DNA of 54,539 nt, counting the filler, from Phoronis australis (Eukaryota > Animalia > Phoronida): NCBI GenBank assembly GCA_002633005.1. It is 5 parts of 5 records of this genome, joined end to end, with 100 filler letters (N's around TTAATTAATTAA, not from the genome) between each part and the next. Parts side by side here need not be neighbours in the genome. Positions count along the whole stretch, not along the records: positions 12,804 to 26,880 come from NMRA01001123.1; positions 26,981 to 32,864 come from NMRA01002259.1; positions 32,965 to 40,317 come from NMRA01002029.1; 2 more parts are not named here. One strand, given 5' to 3'. The notes under the pieces are model-generated. The model had not been told where the DNA came from and did no database searches. It saw only the letters and a program-made list of their open reading frames with translations. Both the position numbers and the translations under genes were made by a program. Positions 22,703-36,788 of this stretch are shown one piece after another; positions within the stretch are counted from its first letter, which is position 1, and every line of letters begins with the position of its first letter.

Positions 22703-25533
22703 CAACCATTCCGAGTTTTCAGATTGACTTATAAAGAATGAAAAGATATAACTAAAAAAGTGTGCTAACTATTGGGCTGTGGTCCAGTGTCTGCGAGATT
22801 AAGAAAAAGGTGGAAAATGCCTTCCACCATCACCTTCAAGACACCTTACAATAAAAACTGTTATGCGTGTACATGTAGGTGCGACATTTCATACGACAGG
22901 GGCAAACATATTTGTTTTAATTGCGCCTATCAAAATAAAATTCTAAAGTTGGTTCAATTATTATATATGTACTTGCTAATAAGTATTGGAACAAGGAATT
23001 GCTGTTTTGCTCAATTTAAGTAACCGGGCTGCATTTGTGGCAGTCGTAAAACGGTGCCGAATGTAAACAGTTGAACTCAAAGATAGCCATATATTAAAAT
23101 AAACGTGTTGTTCTAAGTCAAATTAACATTCTCCAGTTTCATGAACTGAAGTTATTCTGTTTTCTTTCTTGTTTTCCACGTGCTCAGGCGCACGTGTTAG
23201 GGCAGAGGATTTACATAGTGACATTCTTTATTTCCTTTTACACCATCAAAATCCACACGCTAATGACTCATCAATCTGCGCGCGCATCTCATGTAATCTT
23301 GAAGTGAAGTTAGCAGTGAATTAGAATCATGTATTCCCAGTCGAGGCTAATGATTAGATAGACTAGCAAAACGTCTCCACTGCACCACCACTATGACAAA
23401 AGTAAGTTCTAAATATGCGAGCAAAGGTAATGCTAAATTGATCCGATGCAAGGCGCTCAACGCTTGCTAAATAAAAACATATAAATGTACGAAATACACC
23501 CAACCTTGCACTAAATAGTGAACAAAATCGGTCCCAAGCATACTACAAATTAGTCGGTAAACCAACGATTAAAAGAACTTGTGAAAACCTCTCGAATCAA
23601 ATAATGTCATGTACCTAACGTTATCTTCATGGGAACGTCTTGAATTCAAAGATGGCAGCCTCTTTCCGGCTCACATTTTACTATCAAGCTTTTTCAAATA
23701 ACATTGACACATACAAAAATGTTTGCACCGATTCTACCCTTGTGTCCCATCAACATTTCTTTCCATCTTGTATTCTTGTAGCAGAATAGAATACAATAAA
23801 ATACAGCACAATAAAACAAAATATGTTTCATTAAAGGTTCTGTAAAACATAATACAGGGAGATTAGCGTTAGTGACCTTTTTTATTCTTATTTGGTAAGA
23901 CGTCGAAACGATTTTAATTTTGTTAGGATTCTCAGTCTTCTTTGCTTCAGTATAAAATCAACACTATTCTTTTGCTATAAATATTAGTAAAGTTAAGTTT
24001 CCAAAAATCACTTTTCTAAAATTCTTTTGCCGGGGTTCGCTGGATATCAGAGAACTTGAATGAATTTTTAACAGGCAAGATTTCGCTTTTAAAGTTTTTA
24101 CAAGCTCAATTCACATGCTCAATTTACATGCATCATTTATTTTAAACTCCAAATAAATTTCTCATTCTAAGAGTTGATCATTTTTGCAGGAGTTCGTAGG
24201 AAAGGCTTTTTCACATTCTACATATATTTCCACTTTGCGGATACGTGCTACGATAGCTGAACATCCCGAGCTCAGTTCTTCAATTTACTTTTTGAAACAC
24301 GTTCGTGTTAAAATTGAGCTGTTGCCAAACCCTTTTTTGTTACTGTAACGTGAATCAGAACGCGCAATTACGTATGCGCCATAATTCATGTTCACGTCGC
24401 TTTCGAAACCTCTTTATTATACGGAGAATTCCCGCATCAAACAAACTGTAATGAGAGACAAAATACTCTGAATCTAGTAATAAAATACAACACAATAAGG
24501 CGGTCAGCAAAAACGGTAACAACAAAGAATACCAATGACAGACGGAAACGACAGAAAATAAATCTAGGCCTACAGTATAGGATTTACAAGAGCACTACTA
24601 GAGCGAAATGCCTACAAGAACGGAAGGGGATATATAACTAGGTAACAATCTAGTAAAAATCTATCCCTGTAACACGCCCAAAGGATGAAAATCCCTAAAC
24701 AAATCGGATAAAAAGAATACTACCGAGCAGACGGCCTCCAAGTTAGAAAACTCCTCGCGACATCTATAGAATTATTTGAAGCTAATCTATGAAAGAGAGA
24801 ATACGGCAGTATGAGACTACGTGACACGACGCTTACATGTGCGACTTAGGCCTACTTCTTTTGCGAATTGCTATTGTGACATTGAACAAACAAGCAGCTC
24901 AAGATGTTTCATTAGTTGAATTAATGTGTGGGAACATGAATCGATTAGAGAATTATCGCATTCCTATTCAAAAGAGTGGAATCGAAACGAATCGAAATCC
25001 TAAAAATTGTATATCGTTCCACAACAAGTGAGAACGCTCAACGTCGGTGAGCATCGAAGCTGTCAATCACCAAGGTGTTACTCCAGTGATAATGGTGAAG
25101 GCTAACTTGGTCCTCTGGTTCACACTCTGACATCACTGATAGCGGCCCTAGGCGCATTGTAACGGTGGTTTTGGTTGACTGTCAGCTGACAATTTTTAGA
25201 CTGGAAATTGGCGTACGGATTCAGATTAAAACCATCCGGTAAGCCAACGTCAAATCTCCTGTGAACTAACCCCAAAACTGAGAAATAGAACTTCTATTGG
25301 AGATGTGTCGACATTCTCCTTAAAAGGTTCCTGAAGTACAATAACATGCATTTTAATGTAATTTAATTGATGAATAAAGTCTATTTCAGAAATCGCATCA
25401 TTGTTACACTTTCACATTTTTGCAAAAAAGCGTTTTTCCAATGTTAATTCCTATTGGCTAACGCGCGTCTGACGTCACTGAGGCTGTACCGTGGGTGAAG
25501 GCAATAAGATAAATCAAACTTATTATGTATGTA

Positions 25534-25892
25534 CAGCACACATCACGAATTTTTGGCCGACCGGTCGGAAATTGGTCGACGACCGGCCGTCGACCCGTTG
25601 TCTAGCCGACCAGCAGCCGACCAACAACGGTCGGCTAGGAGCCGTCAGCTTAGTCGCCTCTGTGGTCGGCACTTGGGTCGGCTAATTGGTCGCCTAGCGT
25701 AGACAACCAATTCGGATTAAGCGTGCCCTTGGTCGGCAATTACCATTTTATGACCTAGCGGGTGAACTTTGGACAAACAAACATTTAACTGTTCGCTGTT
25801 CGTTTACCAGNGAAGTGCGTGGCATTACACAAGCCGAAAACCTTATGTTGAATTAATGACGGCGTGGTAAAATCAAACGTTAAGTGACATAG
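25534..25892. mobile_element. Family B element terminus (second copy)
   Basis: Near-identical reverse complement of 8563-8839 and, after n at 25811, of ~8400-8480. Begins TA|CAGCACACATCACG. Confidence 0.85.
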
Positions 25893-26324
25893 CGGAAAAT
25901 AATTTCTAACTTTAGATTTCAGACTTTTTATGCAGTGCATTATGCATAAAAACAAGCACGAAATTTTGAAATTTACAGCAAAATTGCATAAAAATCAGAA
26001 TACAACACTGGATATTTTACGACCTCAAATATTTTCATGCCGCGGATTGCTCAACAAGCAGCACGCATTTGCGCTCATCCGTTATTGCTCTTGATCATCA
26101 CTTCATCGCGCTGTATATTGCGCTTTATCAGAGATAATTATTGTTTATTTCTGTATAATTTCTTAATATGTTGGTACAGCAATAGAACCCAAGTTTATTT
26201 TAGGAACAATATAAACAATGGTTTGAACATAGCGCCGATATTAAAGCATGGGCGCATGAAAACGGAAGACTGTGATCGGTTTATAGTGTAATCCATCATC
26301 CATCATCATTCTGAAATTGTTGAA

Positions 26325-26880
26325 TACGGACCTGTTCATTTTTTCATTTGGCCATCAGTCAATATAGACCTGCCCATTTTTCATTTGGCTATCAGTCGAT
26401 ATGAACCTGTCCATTTTTTCATTAGTCAATCAGTCGATACGAACCTGCCCATTTTTTCATTAGTCCATCACTCGATATGAACCTGTCCATTTTTTCATTA
26501 GTCCATCAGTCGATAGTGGATGTGCCCAATTTTTCATTGGGCCATCAGTCGATATGGACCTGTTCTTTTTATTAGACCATTAGTCAATATGGACCTGTCC
26601 ATTTTTTCATTAGGCAATCAGTCAATACGGATCTGCCTTTCATTAGCCCATTATTAAAAGAGGACCTGTCCATTTTTTCACTGGGCCACTGTGCGGACCT
26701 GCCCATATTAAATTAGGCCATTAGTCAAAACAGACCTACCCTTTTTTCATTATGTCATCACTCGATACGGACCTGTCAATTTTTTCATTAGGTCACCACT
26801 CAATACAGTCCTGCCAATATTTTCATTAGGCCATCAATCGATACGGACCTGTCCATTTTTTGTTAGGCCATTAGTCGATA
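26325..26880. repeat. ~40-bp satellite array (same family as 13630-14522) running into the contig end
   Basis: Same TTTTTCATTAGGCCATCAGTCGATACGGACCTG unit. Confidence 0.95.
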
Positions 26881-26980
26881 NNNNNNNNNNNNNNNNNNNN
26901 NNNNNNNNNNNNNNNNNNNNNNNNTTAATTAATTAANNNNNNNNNNNNNNNNNNNNNNNNNNNNNNNNNNNNNNNNNNNN
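26881..26980. other. Artificial contig spacer
   Basis: N44-TTAATTAATTAA-N44. Confidence 0.97.
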
Positions 26981-27091
26981 TCAAACCTGGGCAAGTTATC
27001 CGTGTTTTCTGCTTGTATGACCCCATGACCCTTCAAACCCCAAAATGTGGAATTTACGGGGCAACTTGACACTTTTATTTTTCATTTTTAG

Positions 27092-27187
27092 GAAGACAAT
27101 GGATGACTTTATACAAAACAGTAGCTATTTCATTTTCTAGTAGCTTCTGGAATTACTTACAATGTCACAAAAACTGTGATTATTGGG
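27092..27187 (+). CDS. Probable penultimate exon of the PAN/apple-domain gene
   Basis: Acceptor TTTTTCATTTTTAG| and donor TGGG|GTAAGT bound a 96-nt phase 1-1 open exon, RQWMTLYKTVAISFSSSFWNYLQCHKNCDYW, which joins in frame to 27635. Confidence 0.55.
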
Positions 27188-27634
27188 GTAAGTTCTGGTA
27201 GTGGTTTTCAGTGAAAACTGAGGTACCTGACTTTTAAGCAACCTAACGCGATAAAATTTGTTTAAAGTGCATTTTAGTAATTACCATAAGAAAGTAAACA
27301 AAAATGCATATTATGATCCAAATCCGTCACATAGGGTTTATCACCCCTGCATGGATTTTTGCCTGGTCTGAAGTGTACTGCACTCTTAAGTTCGTTCCAA
27401 AAAACTTGTTCCAAAATACTTAAGTTTTCGCCAAAAACTTAAGTTTTCGGGAATGAAAACTTAAGTTTTTCAGACCAAAAACTTAAGTTCATTTTTGTAA
27501 GGGAAACTATGAGCGTACCAGTATTAAGTTTGCAAACAAAATGTCTAGTATTCGTATTTTTAGGAGTTACATTTATGTGTATGTGAATGTGTATGCGTAT
27601 TTGTATGTGTATGGATACACCTGCTACTTTTCAG

Positions 27635-27876
27635 TTTGCGTCACCACCGAAGTGTCGGGTTATGACGTCAAGTGTGGAGACTGTCATGGAAACGATATTC
27701 GTGAAATCATCAATTCCAATCCGGTTTCCTGTGCGTGGGCGTGTAACAACTATAATAACTGCGTGGCGTTTGTTCTGTTAAAAGGAGAGACTTGCTACTT
27801 AAAGTACAAGTCGTGTGAGATCCCCTCTACTCAAGGTCCAATCGACTCACTGTGCGTTGTGTACACTAAGAAATAA
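27635..27876 (+). CDS. Terminal exon encoding a PAN/apple domain
   Basis: Acceptor CTACTTTTCAG|. The sequence DCHGNDIREIINSNPVSCAWACNNYNNCVAFVLLKGETCYLK fits the PAN pattern (GNDI, CxxxC, C.AF, CYLK). AATAAA at 28097. Confidence 0.8.
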
Positions 27877-28317
27877 ATCAATTAGTTTCCAAGAATGTGT
27901 TATTATAGAAAACATTTTTGCAATTACATTTCCAAAGTCGTAGTTTTTACTGAAGTGGATAAAGAAGTTCAATGAGATATTCACATTTAACAAATTCCCC
28001 AACGTCAGTAGATTTTGCGACTGGTAAGATGTCATTGATTTATTCATGTTGTACGTTATTTAGCAAATGCATGGTGCAATTCATGTAACATTCATGAATA
28101 AAACGTATTATGTTCACTATTGATTGTTGTTGTTGTTGTTATCATTATTGTTATATTTATCGTTATAACCAAACAAATGTACTATTGTTGACAATAATGC
28201 GTAATAACCATATTACTAATAATGAATTTACTAAAAATCAAACTACGTTTACTACTGTAATTGCAACCCAAACTTCTAATTACTTTCATATTACTATTGC
28301 CATAGTAATTGTCTGGC

Positions 28318-28455
28318 TGATACAACTAAAATGTTCTAACCATAAAGTTAAAATTGAAATTGACCGGGATGCACAGCATCGCCTGTGCGCCTACTGTGAA
28401 GACAATCGTTTGGTTGAAGACGAGTATCATTTCGTCTGCGTCTGCAGTTTGTAGT
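28318..28455 (+). mobile_element. Non-LTR retrotransposon ORF2 C-terminal fragment (L2/CR1 group)
   Basis: LKCSNHKVKIEIDR...RLCAYC...VEDEYHFVCVC, the typical LINE C-terminal CCHC knuckle. Confidence 0.75.
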
Positions 28456-31400
28456 CTGAATTAATATAAGCAGCACTTCTCAACGTCTAGCCTTGGTCTC
28501 ATATAACAAACAAAATTTGAAATCATGTGACCACCCATGGCTAAACTACGTACATGTACATGTAGTCAAATGTGTTTATTATGATGCACTTGGGAGGCAA
28601 AGATTGCTGGAAACTTGCTTCCATGATTAACTGCATGTATAACATTTTTTATTGTTTTTGTACAGTGGTCCAGTCTCATGCATCCTCTTTCAACAAAGTC
28701 GTTGCAATTTATGCTGTAGTCTAAAATAAGTAAATCTTAAGTCAGCGATGAAAAACGAAATTTGATATTACTTGTGGGTGGAATAGACTTTTGAAGTTTG
28801 TGGTCATGCATCATTACAAATAAAAAATGCGTTATATATTACTGAATTTTATCCCAAAATTGAGATCAGAGTCTAAAACATCTTCACCCTGATAACAGAT
28901 GTTTTGTACACAGCTGGAAAAACTTTCCATTGGGTTGAAATAATTCACAGAAAATTTCCTCCCGTGCGGAATTCATTAGCCTCCGTAGACAGATGTGTTA
29001 ACAATATTTAGATAATTTCACGTGACGTTGAAACATTTACAGGACTTGTCAATAAATCAAGAACAACGGAAGTGACAGTTACTAAATGTACCCAAATACA
29101 TGTAGGCTGAAGTATTTTCCATGAAGGTGCCTGATGAAAGGTCAAAAATCTCTATCACGAAAGTACACTTGTTACTAAAACGAATGACTTGAGCCATAAC
29201 TGGCTGGCCACTGAGAATTCTGCTGGAAATTTCGAAACCCCATAGTTAACAGCTGCAAAGAAGCCACCTAGCTTAAATGTCTACATTAACCAAAAAGACT
29301 GCAAATATCTGTAAGAACTTTAGCTCAACGAAATCCTCACTGCGAATAATCCTACCGATGCTGATAGGCCGATTGGAATTCTGTCATGAAATGAAAGAGA
29401 AACTATTCGCAGCATTAAGATGGAAGCTAGAAATACCGTGGTTGTCTCCGTGTACGATTCAACAAATATGCCTACATTACAAACTCTTCATCTTATGTAT
29501 CGAACTTAAAAATAATTCCACGCCTTGTGTGGCATTTATCATGAAGTGGAGCACTTTAGTTTGTCAGAAATTATAGACATCCAATTTTTACAACCTTTTA
29601 TGTAAGGTACATGTATTTATGACACTTCATATTTTACTTTACCACCTTTGAGCTCTTCTCAATGGAATGGGTGCAACTGTCTCAAGAAGTCTTTCACCCG
29701 CTTGCAAAGGCATGTACATAAAAGTGCATTATTCTCTTAGATCATCACACTGAAAATGGTCACCATCAAGCTATTATGTTGCCATTTCAAAGTTCTGTGT
29801 CATAGCTACCATGGACAACATATTGAAAGATGCTGAGCATTCACAGCAAAGTAAGTTTAGTGTATCCTCGGACGAAAACAGAATAAAGACATAACGGGAC
29901 GAGGGATGATTTATTGCCACCAGTAACTCCAAATGAACATGCTTATCAGTCATAAGATACAGTACCAGTGGACATCAAGAAACATCAACAGCCTCTTCGG
30001 CTTACATTAACCAAATCTTGCACTAACAGGATTTGCACACAAGCTCCTGGATAGTGTGCAACGGTCACCCCTCAGACTTTCCAGAAAACTCCTGGAAACA
30101 TCAATGACCTGCGGCGGCCGTCAAGGATTGAAGTGAGCTATTAGTCTCTTTTCATGGGCTTGGCCAAAGTTGCTGTACAAAATACAGGTAATTGCTGTCG
30201 TAAACCAAGTTCTGTCGTCAACGCGATACAAACTTATTAGTCAAATTTCATGAATATCCACCTAGGAACTTGGAATACATCGCGAAACGCAAGGAAAACC
30301 ATACATGTACTTGCCACTAGTGAACTCCACATTTATCGAAATTGCCAGAATTAAAATCCACATACTTTCCGAAAAAATAACACAACAATATTTTTGAGTT
30401 TATTGCTGTATGGGATATTGACTTTCCGAAATTCGTGTAATTATCTTTGACAAGTGCTATCAAACAACAATTTCCGATATGGTTTTTACGATTTTGTTAC
30501 CAATCGTCTATTCTCCCATTGTCTGCCAACCATTCGCTGATATCAAGGCCAATAACATTTAAGCAGTTTAGTACGCTTTTAAGTCATTAATGGAGTGGAA
30601 TTAAGCTCCGCCGGTAGAGTGTTAGAAAGCGACTACGCGGCCGTCCAGTTTCAGTCGGCACTGAGAATGATTCCAGAAAATCACTTTTCTCGCCGATAGT
30701 ATACCCCCAGCAGCTAGGTCAATGAGAGTCCAAGCTCCTTCCAAAAATCACCTATGAGGCACAGTGAATTTAGACGCGGAACAAACATGAGCCTGAAGTA
30801 CAGGTAGCTGTGATAGGTTTTGAAAATCTTTGAGGAATTCAATTTATTTGAAACTGACGGTTCATAAAGCACTCAAAAGATACAGTGTTCTCCACATCGT
30901 CAACTAAGTTGGTTGTTTCTCTGTCCTCTTGAAAACCAATCGTGACACGTTTTGATAAGCATCCATCTTCCTGATGCAACTGCACTTAAGTTTCGTTATA
31001 TTATTGGTACATTGCATTCGAAATCATGGTAGATTTGAAACTTGTCGGTCATATATGTCAGTGCAAAGAAATGGACAAAGACCACAGAAAAAATAGATAT
31101 TAAATAGCATACGCAAAAAATATGAACATATAGGGATAATCGCCCGCACCTAAGTAAAGCATAGCATAGCCTCACGCGTTTATATGTGAAACAATTGAGG
31201 AAAATACTTGCTGAAAAAAATATTGATTTTTACATAAATATATGTATATGCTACGAAAACCAATTTCAGTTCTATGTTGTATTGTATTTATTATTCAAAT
31301 GCACGCAAGATTAAAAATACGAGGCGTTATAAAATACAATAACAATAAAACAAGTAGCCTTTTGTAATGACAAGAACCACATATGTAATTATTGAAAGGG

Positions 31401-32191
31401 TAGTAAGCGTCATCGTTAACGAATTAACTAAATGAATCCTACATGAGATTGATTTACCATGTTGATTTGAAAATTTTCTAACTTATACACTGGCAACAAA
31501 TTGACAGATGTTTAAGCGCACTGACGTATGAAAGCAGAATTGCAGAAATATACATTTACTACATCATGGCGGGTGTGACTTTGAAGCACAGTAAAACATT
31601 ATATTGTATATTTCAATACATCAGCAAAAGCGTAAATTTACTTTGCGTGTATGCTTCAAATTCAGTATAGAGGCGCATTTTGGCGGATTCACGGCCTCAG
31701 NGTCTGGAAACCCATGTAGAACGAGCTTGAATGCCAGCGGTTTGACAAGTGCGTGACCTCGGTTGCAGACGTACTTATGGTTTGGGTACATGGCGGATAC
31801 TGGAATTACATAACACTAGACTTGGTACTATTCCAACAGGACTGTAAACAGATGGGATTTACAATGGTTAAGACCTAGATGGGAATATATTCCATATCGC
31901 CCTGAAGCCTGGTGCGATAAACCTCGAAAGTGCCGCGTCTAACACATGGAAGTATCCTCACATAGCGCGCAACCACCTTGGTGGGTAAAACAATAGTAAT
32001 AAAATTTAGGTACTAAGTAAAACAAAACAATAATGAAAAATAATAGTAATAAAACAAAAATGATAAAAAAGTAAAAATAATTATAATAATAATAATAAAG
32101 TAATAATAACTAATAATAAAAAAAAACTTTGGATGTCACTGTTGACATTTTATTCGACTTTCCATGAAAGATACGGAGATACTGTACTCAC

Positions 32192-32320
32192 CCTTGGATA
32201 TGTTGTTTGTTAGGCCTTTTCAAGTAGTTCGTCACCGGCCCTAACCCTACCATGTTTATCTACGCTTTTGATCGGCATACTTCCTTCCGAACAACACTTA
32301 AAAAATATGTATACTTTACC
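32192..32320 (-). pseudogene. Possible frameshifted PDZ-domain pseudo-exon
   Basis: VYIFFKCCSEGS...VDKHGRVRAGDELLE, then in a shifted frame NKQHIQG and a donor |GTGAGT. Resembles the PDZ consensus ADxDGRLxAGDELLEVNG. Confidence 0.4.
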
Positions 32321-32864
32321 GATGCATGAAAAAAAAATCAATAAAGAAAAATTAAAAAACCAACATATAATACAACTAATAAACAAACTAAAACGTACAC
32401 CAAAACATTGCAACAAATTAAATAAATAATTGAAAAATAAACTAATAAAATAAAATTAATAACAACAAAATGTGTTAAACATTTTAAAACACTCCTGTCA
32501 ATGGCTATCACATAATACTTCACATTTCGTTCTCTCGGCATAATTTACACCTATTCCAACCGCGCTTAAGTTACGGTAGTGCGTCAACTTTTCTTTTCGT
32601 CTAGCATTGTGGTCGGGTATTTCCCACCAGGACGATTTTCGAATAGTCGGCTACTATAGTGGCAGATAGGCGGACGTTATGATCGATGAGATCACGTCTC
32701 AAATGCCTGCTAAGTTGTCCACTGCCCAGGCGCGTATAGCTTAGTCATACGAAATCTGCGCTCGGGTGCCTCCAGAGCGAGGGCATGGCCGGCTTAAGCT
32801 GTTTCCTTTAATTTTACGATTTTCATATATACTAGTTCATTTCGGTGTAATTAGGTCTAAGCCA

Positions 32865-32964
32865 NNNNNNNNNNNNNNNNNNNNNNNNNNNNNNNNNNNN
32901 NNNNNNNNTTAATTAATTAANNNNNNNNNNNNNNNNNNNNNNNNNNNNNNNNNNNNNNNNNNNN
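32865..32964. other. Artificial contig spacer
   Basis: N44-TTAATTAATTAA-N44. Confidence 0.97.
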
Positions 32965-34605
32965 CTCCGATTGTGTTTGGCCACCAGGGAAAAATCGGAA
33001 GTCGCCACAAAGTCGCCACTGTGACTATCTATCAAAGTCAAACAATAATTCCTCTAAATTTGATTCAAAGTTCGTATTGACTTCCAAACTTTAAATTTGC
33101 CAACAGTTTTCCTAGATTCATTACACCTTTGATTCCCAACTGTTCCGTTAATTTCATGAAATCCGTGCATTTGCCACAACACCAGTCAGCTCTCATCAAA
33201 TGCAATTAAATTACAACATGAAGTAAGCAGACGGCAAAAAGGGGGCAAGATCAGTGCAATATGCGACAGCAGTGTATGTGATCATTTGCGTTCTTGGTTC
33301 GTTCGTTGGCAGGAGGAATTTATTGAATGAATGGAATGAATAGGGTACGTTAATTTTACGAGGAGAAATTGTAGAGGTACATGTGTACTTTTAAGTTACT
33401 GAGAATGGGGCTCATTACAACCGCACAGTCAAATTTTTTTCTTTTTTTTATTCAAAGATTTTACGCCAGATTGGCAACCTCAGATTTCATTCGACGACCT
33501 GGGAGTTTTAGTTTTGACGACCTCAAATTTGGTTCGGCAGCCTGGGATTTTTGTCATGTTGCCAAATGCGACTTGAGGTTAAGCTAAGCATTGACTGCTG
33601 TGTACGATACTCTGTTGTCTCCTGTTGTATTGTTCAGTAGTACTTACTTTTGTTAAAGCCTGCTTTTGTAATTATCTGGTCAATATATAGATCACTGATA
33701 TTTAGCTTGTAAGGCAGTCATAAAAGGCCAATTTCGTGTTTTTAAATGTACAGTTAGTTGCTTTTATAAGTATTACTTATGTTAATGTTATTATAATGTT
33801 AAACATTATAACAACTGTTAGCATATTAATAATAGAAAGTCACTTTACTTGATATTTTTTCCAAGCTTGAATTTCCTTGTTCCCTCATCAAACATTGCTC
33901 GGTTAATATGAAAAAAAAATTAATTACAGATAAAGCTGGCTTGTTGCATGATCCTGAAAAAAGTGTATTTTCGATGTTTAGTTCCAAGTTGGTAGAACTT
34001 GATGCCATGGTAACCATCGTTATGCAGGCTTGAATATTGTGGTCAGCAACACAATTCAAGTCGACTATCTTTAAATAATCCCATCACAAAACACAATGAA
34101 CACATCCAATGATGTGTTAATTAACACATCCCCATCCCATGATGTTTTTCTTTGTGACTGCATACCTTGTGCGGCACTCTCAAATTTACAAAAATAAAGA
34201 TGCCTGTCATATTGCTAGCAAGGATATGCAACAATGGTGAGGAAGCTTGGAAAAGGTAGGCCCAAAAAACTATTGTCCAAAAACTGATGTTGATAATGAA
34301 TAATATTGTCCAAGCTTGAATAAGGTTGCAAATATTTTTCAAGTTAGTTGATTTCCATGTAGTACTGCTAACTGTAGTTACTTTTGGATGCGCATGGTTT
34401 GGAAGTGGAGGTAATACCTGGTGGCAAAGTTGAATTTGTCTAGTATACCATGCCCCTTAAAGATCATAGCTTACCATGGGCCTGTGGAATTATGTGGTAA
34501 GTATGACCAGTCAAATACTTGTGAGGAAAGGGCCCGCATTATAATAAATGGATTTCATTTTGTGTGAGTGTGCTTCTACGCATTTAATTTCTCCACTACA
34601 TTCAG

Positions 34606-34695
34606 GATTGTTTGCGTAAGGAAGGTGAATACTCCAGTCTGGCGTCTGAGATGAAGGCAAAGTTCCAAGCATCTTGTAAAGAAATGGGAATAGAG
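34606..34695 (+). CDS. CDK5RAP3: CDK5 regulatory subunit-associated protein 3 (C53), internal exon
   Basis: TTCAG|...|GTAAAA, phase 0-0: DCLRKEGEYSSLASEMKAKFQASCKEMGIE. Aligns with the human segment EYSRKEEECQAGAAEMREQFYHSCKQYGIT as I recall it. Confidence 0.88.
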
Positions 34696-36651
34696 GTAAA
34701 AGCAGTTTGTAGTTGTTAGAGTGTTACTGGGAGTGCTGGTGTTGAGCACAATGTTACAGAATTTTTTATGTTTTATTGTGTATTTGTGCATCTGTTATAA
34801 TATTTCCATCTAGAGTTTTTGCAGTAGGTGAGTGAAAATGTTGCAAGCCTATTGCCATGGGACATAATTTTATAGCATATTTTCGGAACCCTGTTGTTTT
34901 GAGTTTACTTTTAGTCTTTGGTGCTTCATGCTGTCATCCCCATCTAGTGTCTGCTGCTGTATCTCCAAAATACCTCGATGGATGTAAAATCTTGCTTAGA
35001 TGGGACAGCTCGAGCAAATGTTCGGTGTGTCTTGTAGTGGCAATTTATTATTTTACGTTTGTTTCTAAGTATCTTCGGAATTTCATGAAATTTGACTGAT
35101 AGGTATCTATTAAAGAGAAAATACTTTTCTCTCGATTCCGGATTAATTCGACATATTTGGTTCCACCTAGTGACCATTTTCAGTATTTTCCCCGCCGCAT
35201 GCGAGTGTGGGAAGTGAGATCCTCCCATGGGGCGGGGAAGGGGTTGGTTGGAGGCCTCTCCAGGCAAAATTTGAACAGCTAGATATGATTTGGTGCAGGC
35301 TGGTTCACTCATACACAGGACCCCAACCCAAGCATCATCCACGAAGTGACGCAAATAGAACAAAAAAATTTAAACTCAACATAAATTAGTTGAGTCGGCG
35401 TTAGCCTGCATAGCAGACGATGTATAATCCAGTCCATGCATATGTATCTGAGACTGGTTTCCATTCAATATCGCCATTTTGACACTGAGCTTTTGTCCGT
35501 TAAACCGTTGAATGTCTCGTCGGTGCAAAATAATTCACATTGCTTTAAATGCGGACACAATAAAATGAATAAAGCTTACTGTTTCTCCATCCACTTATAT
35601 AAGCATGCCCTGGCACTTTGCTGTTTTAGAAAACTAGTACCAAGGTCATTGCTTGGTATCCAACTGTATTTAATTGCTGTGCGAATGTTGGTCATCAAGC
35701 GAGAGCAAGGTACGAGAAGGATCCGAGATAAAATGGTTGCGTTTAATGGGGGGGGGGGGGGCANGACGGACATGTAATGGAACATTCGCTTGCTATTTTA
35801 GGACTTGGAATCGAAGTAAGAATGTCGTTTGCGGCACCACTTGATTCCGCATGCGAGTAGTGTTCCCGAAATTAATTTTTATTGTCACGCTGCAAAAGCA
35901 TTCACTAAGTTGGCGAATGGACTTAACTCTACCATCGCCAGTGGCGAGCTGGCGAGCGTCTAGCATGAGCCGGCTATGCATAGACAATACTACCGGCCCT
36001 GTTTCCGATGGATTTAAACTACATTAGACCCCCTAGTGACCTTCCTATTATTTTTGTGTCATTTCTGTTCTGCGTCGCTATCCACCAAACTTCGTGAAGA
36101 ATCATGGCAGAAGCTGGTAGATATGAGCATTTCTGACATTCAGCCTTTTGAGGCTTTTATTAAGCATTGCTCCATCTAGTGGAAATGTTTGTAATAACAA
36201 TCATCATCCCTTTACAGTGCTCTAGTGGGGCGTAGGCGCACGTAGGTGTAACCAACTACCTTTTGGCATTTGAACGTAGCACTTTCGCACTGTAAGTTAC
36301 GTTCAGTGCTCAAGGTGATACGGTGAGCTTTGGGCGCCTACTTACCTCTGATTTACCACTACTAACAGCACTGTCCTTATGTGTGCACTGTATGTGATGT
36401 ACACGTTGAGTGTAAATCAATGTTCTGGATTGCTCGCATTGCTTTTCATACTGTCAGAAAAAATGATTCATGCTCTCAAAGAAGGCATGCTCGCTGTTGT
36501 GTCAGTTTTCTACAACTGTAATGTGTCTTAGAGTCGAGACTAGCGTTCACATAGCTGGAACCCTTTTTCGCCAGCGCCACCTGTAATGAAGTCTCCTCAT
36601 TGTTACTAATACATTATTCTGAACAGCTGATGTATGTTTCGCACTTTACAG

Positions 36652-36788
36652 GGTAAAAAGATAAAGCATGAACTACTTGGCCTGATTCGAGAGCTTCCTG
36701 AAATTTACCAGTCGGTAACGAAGTCGTGCCAGAGCATTGAACCTGCCGTTAATTACTATGCTGCGTTCATTGACTTCACTTTGGATAA
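36652..36788 (+). CDS. CDK5RAP3: CDK5RAP3 internal exon
   Basis: TTTACAG|...|GTGAGT, phase 0-2: GKKIKHELLGLIRELPEIYQSVTKSCQSIEPAVNYYAAFIDFTLD. Confidence 0.9.

Noticed and set aside
1702-27876. An effector or venom gene cluster (defensin-like + FN1-like + PAN)
   Set aside because: The three genes lie on different contigs separated by artificial spacers, so physical linkage is not shown.
29880-30120. Possible decayed transposase C-terminus
   Set aside because: Similarity is too weak and interrupted to assign by eye.
36104-36116. ATGGCAGAAGCTG|GTAGAT as a CDK5RAP3 first exon
   Set aside because: It lies between two genuine internal exons and its phase does not match the next exon.
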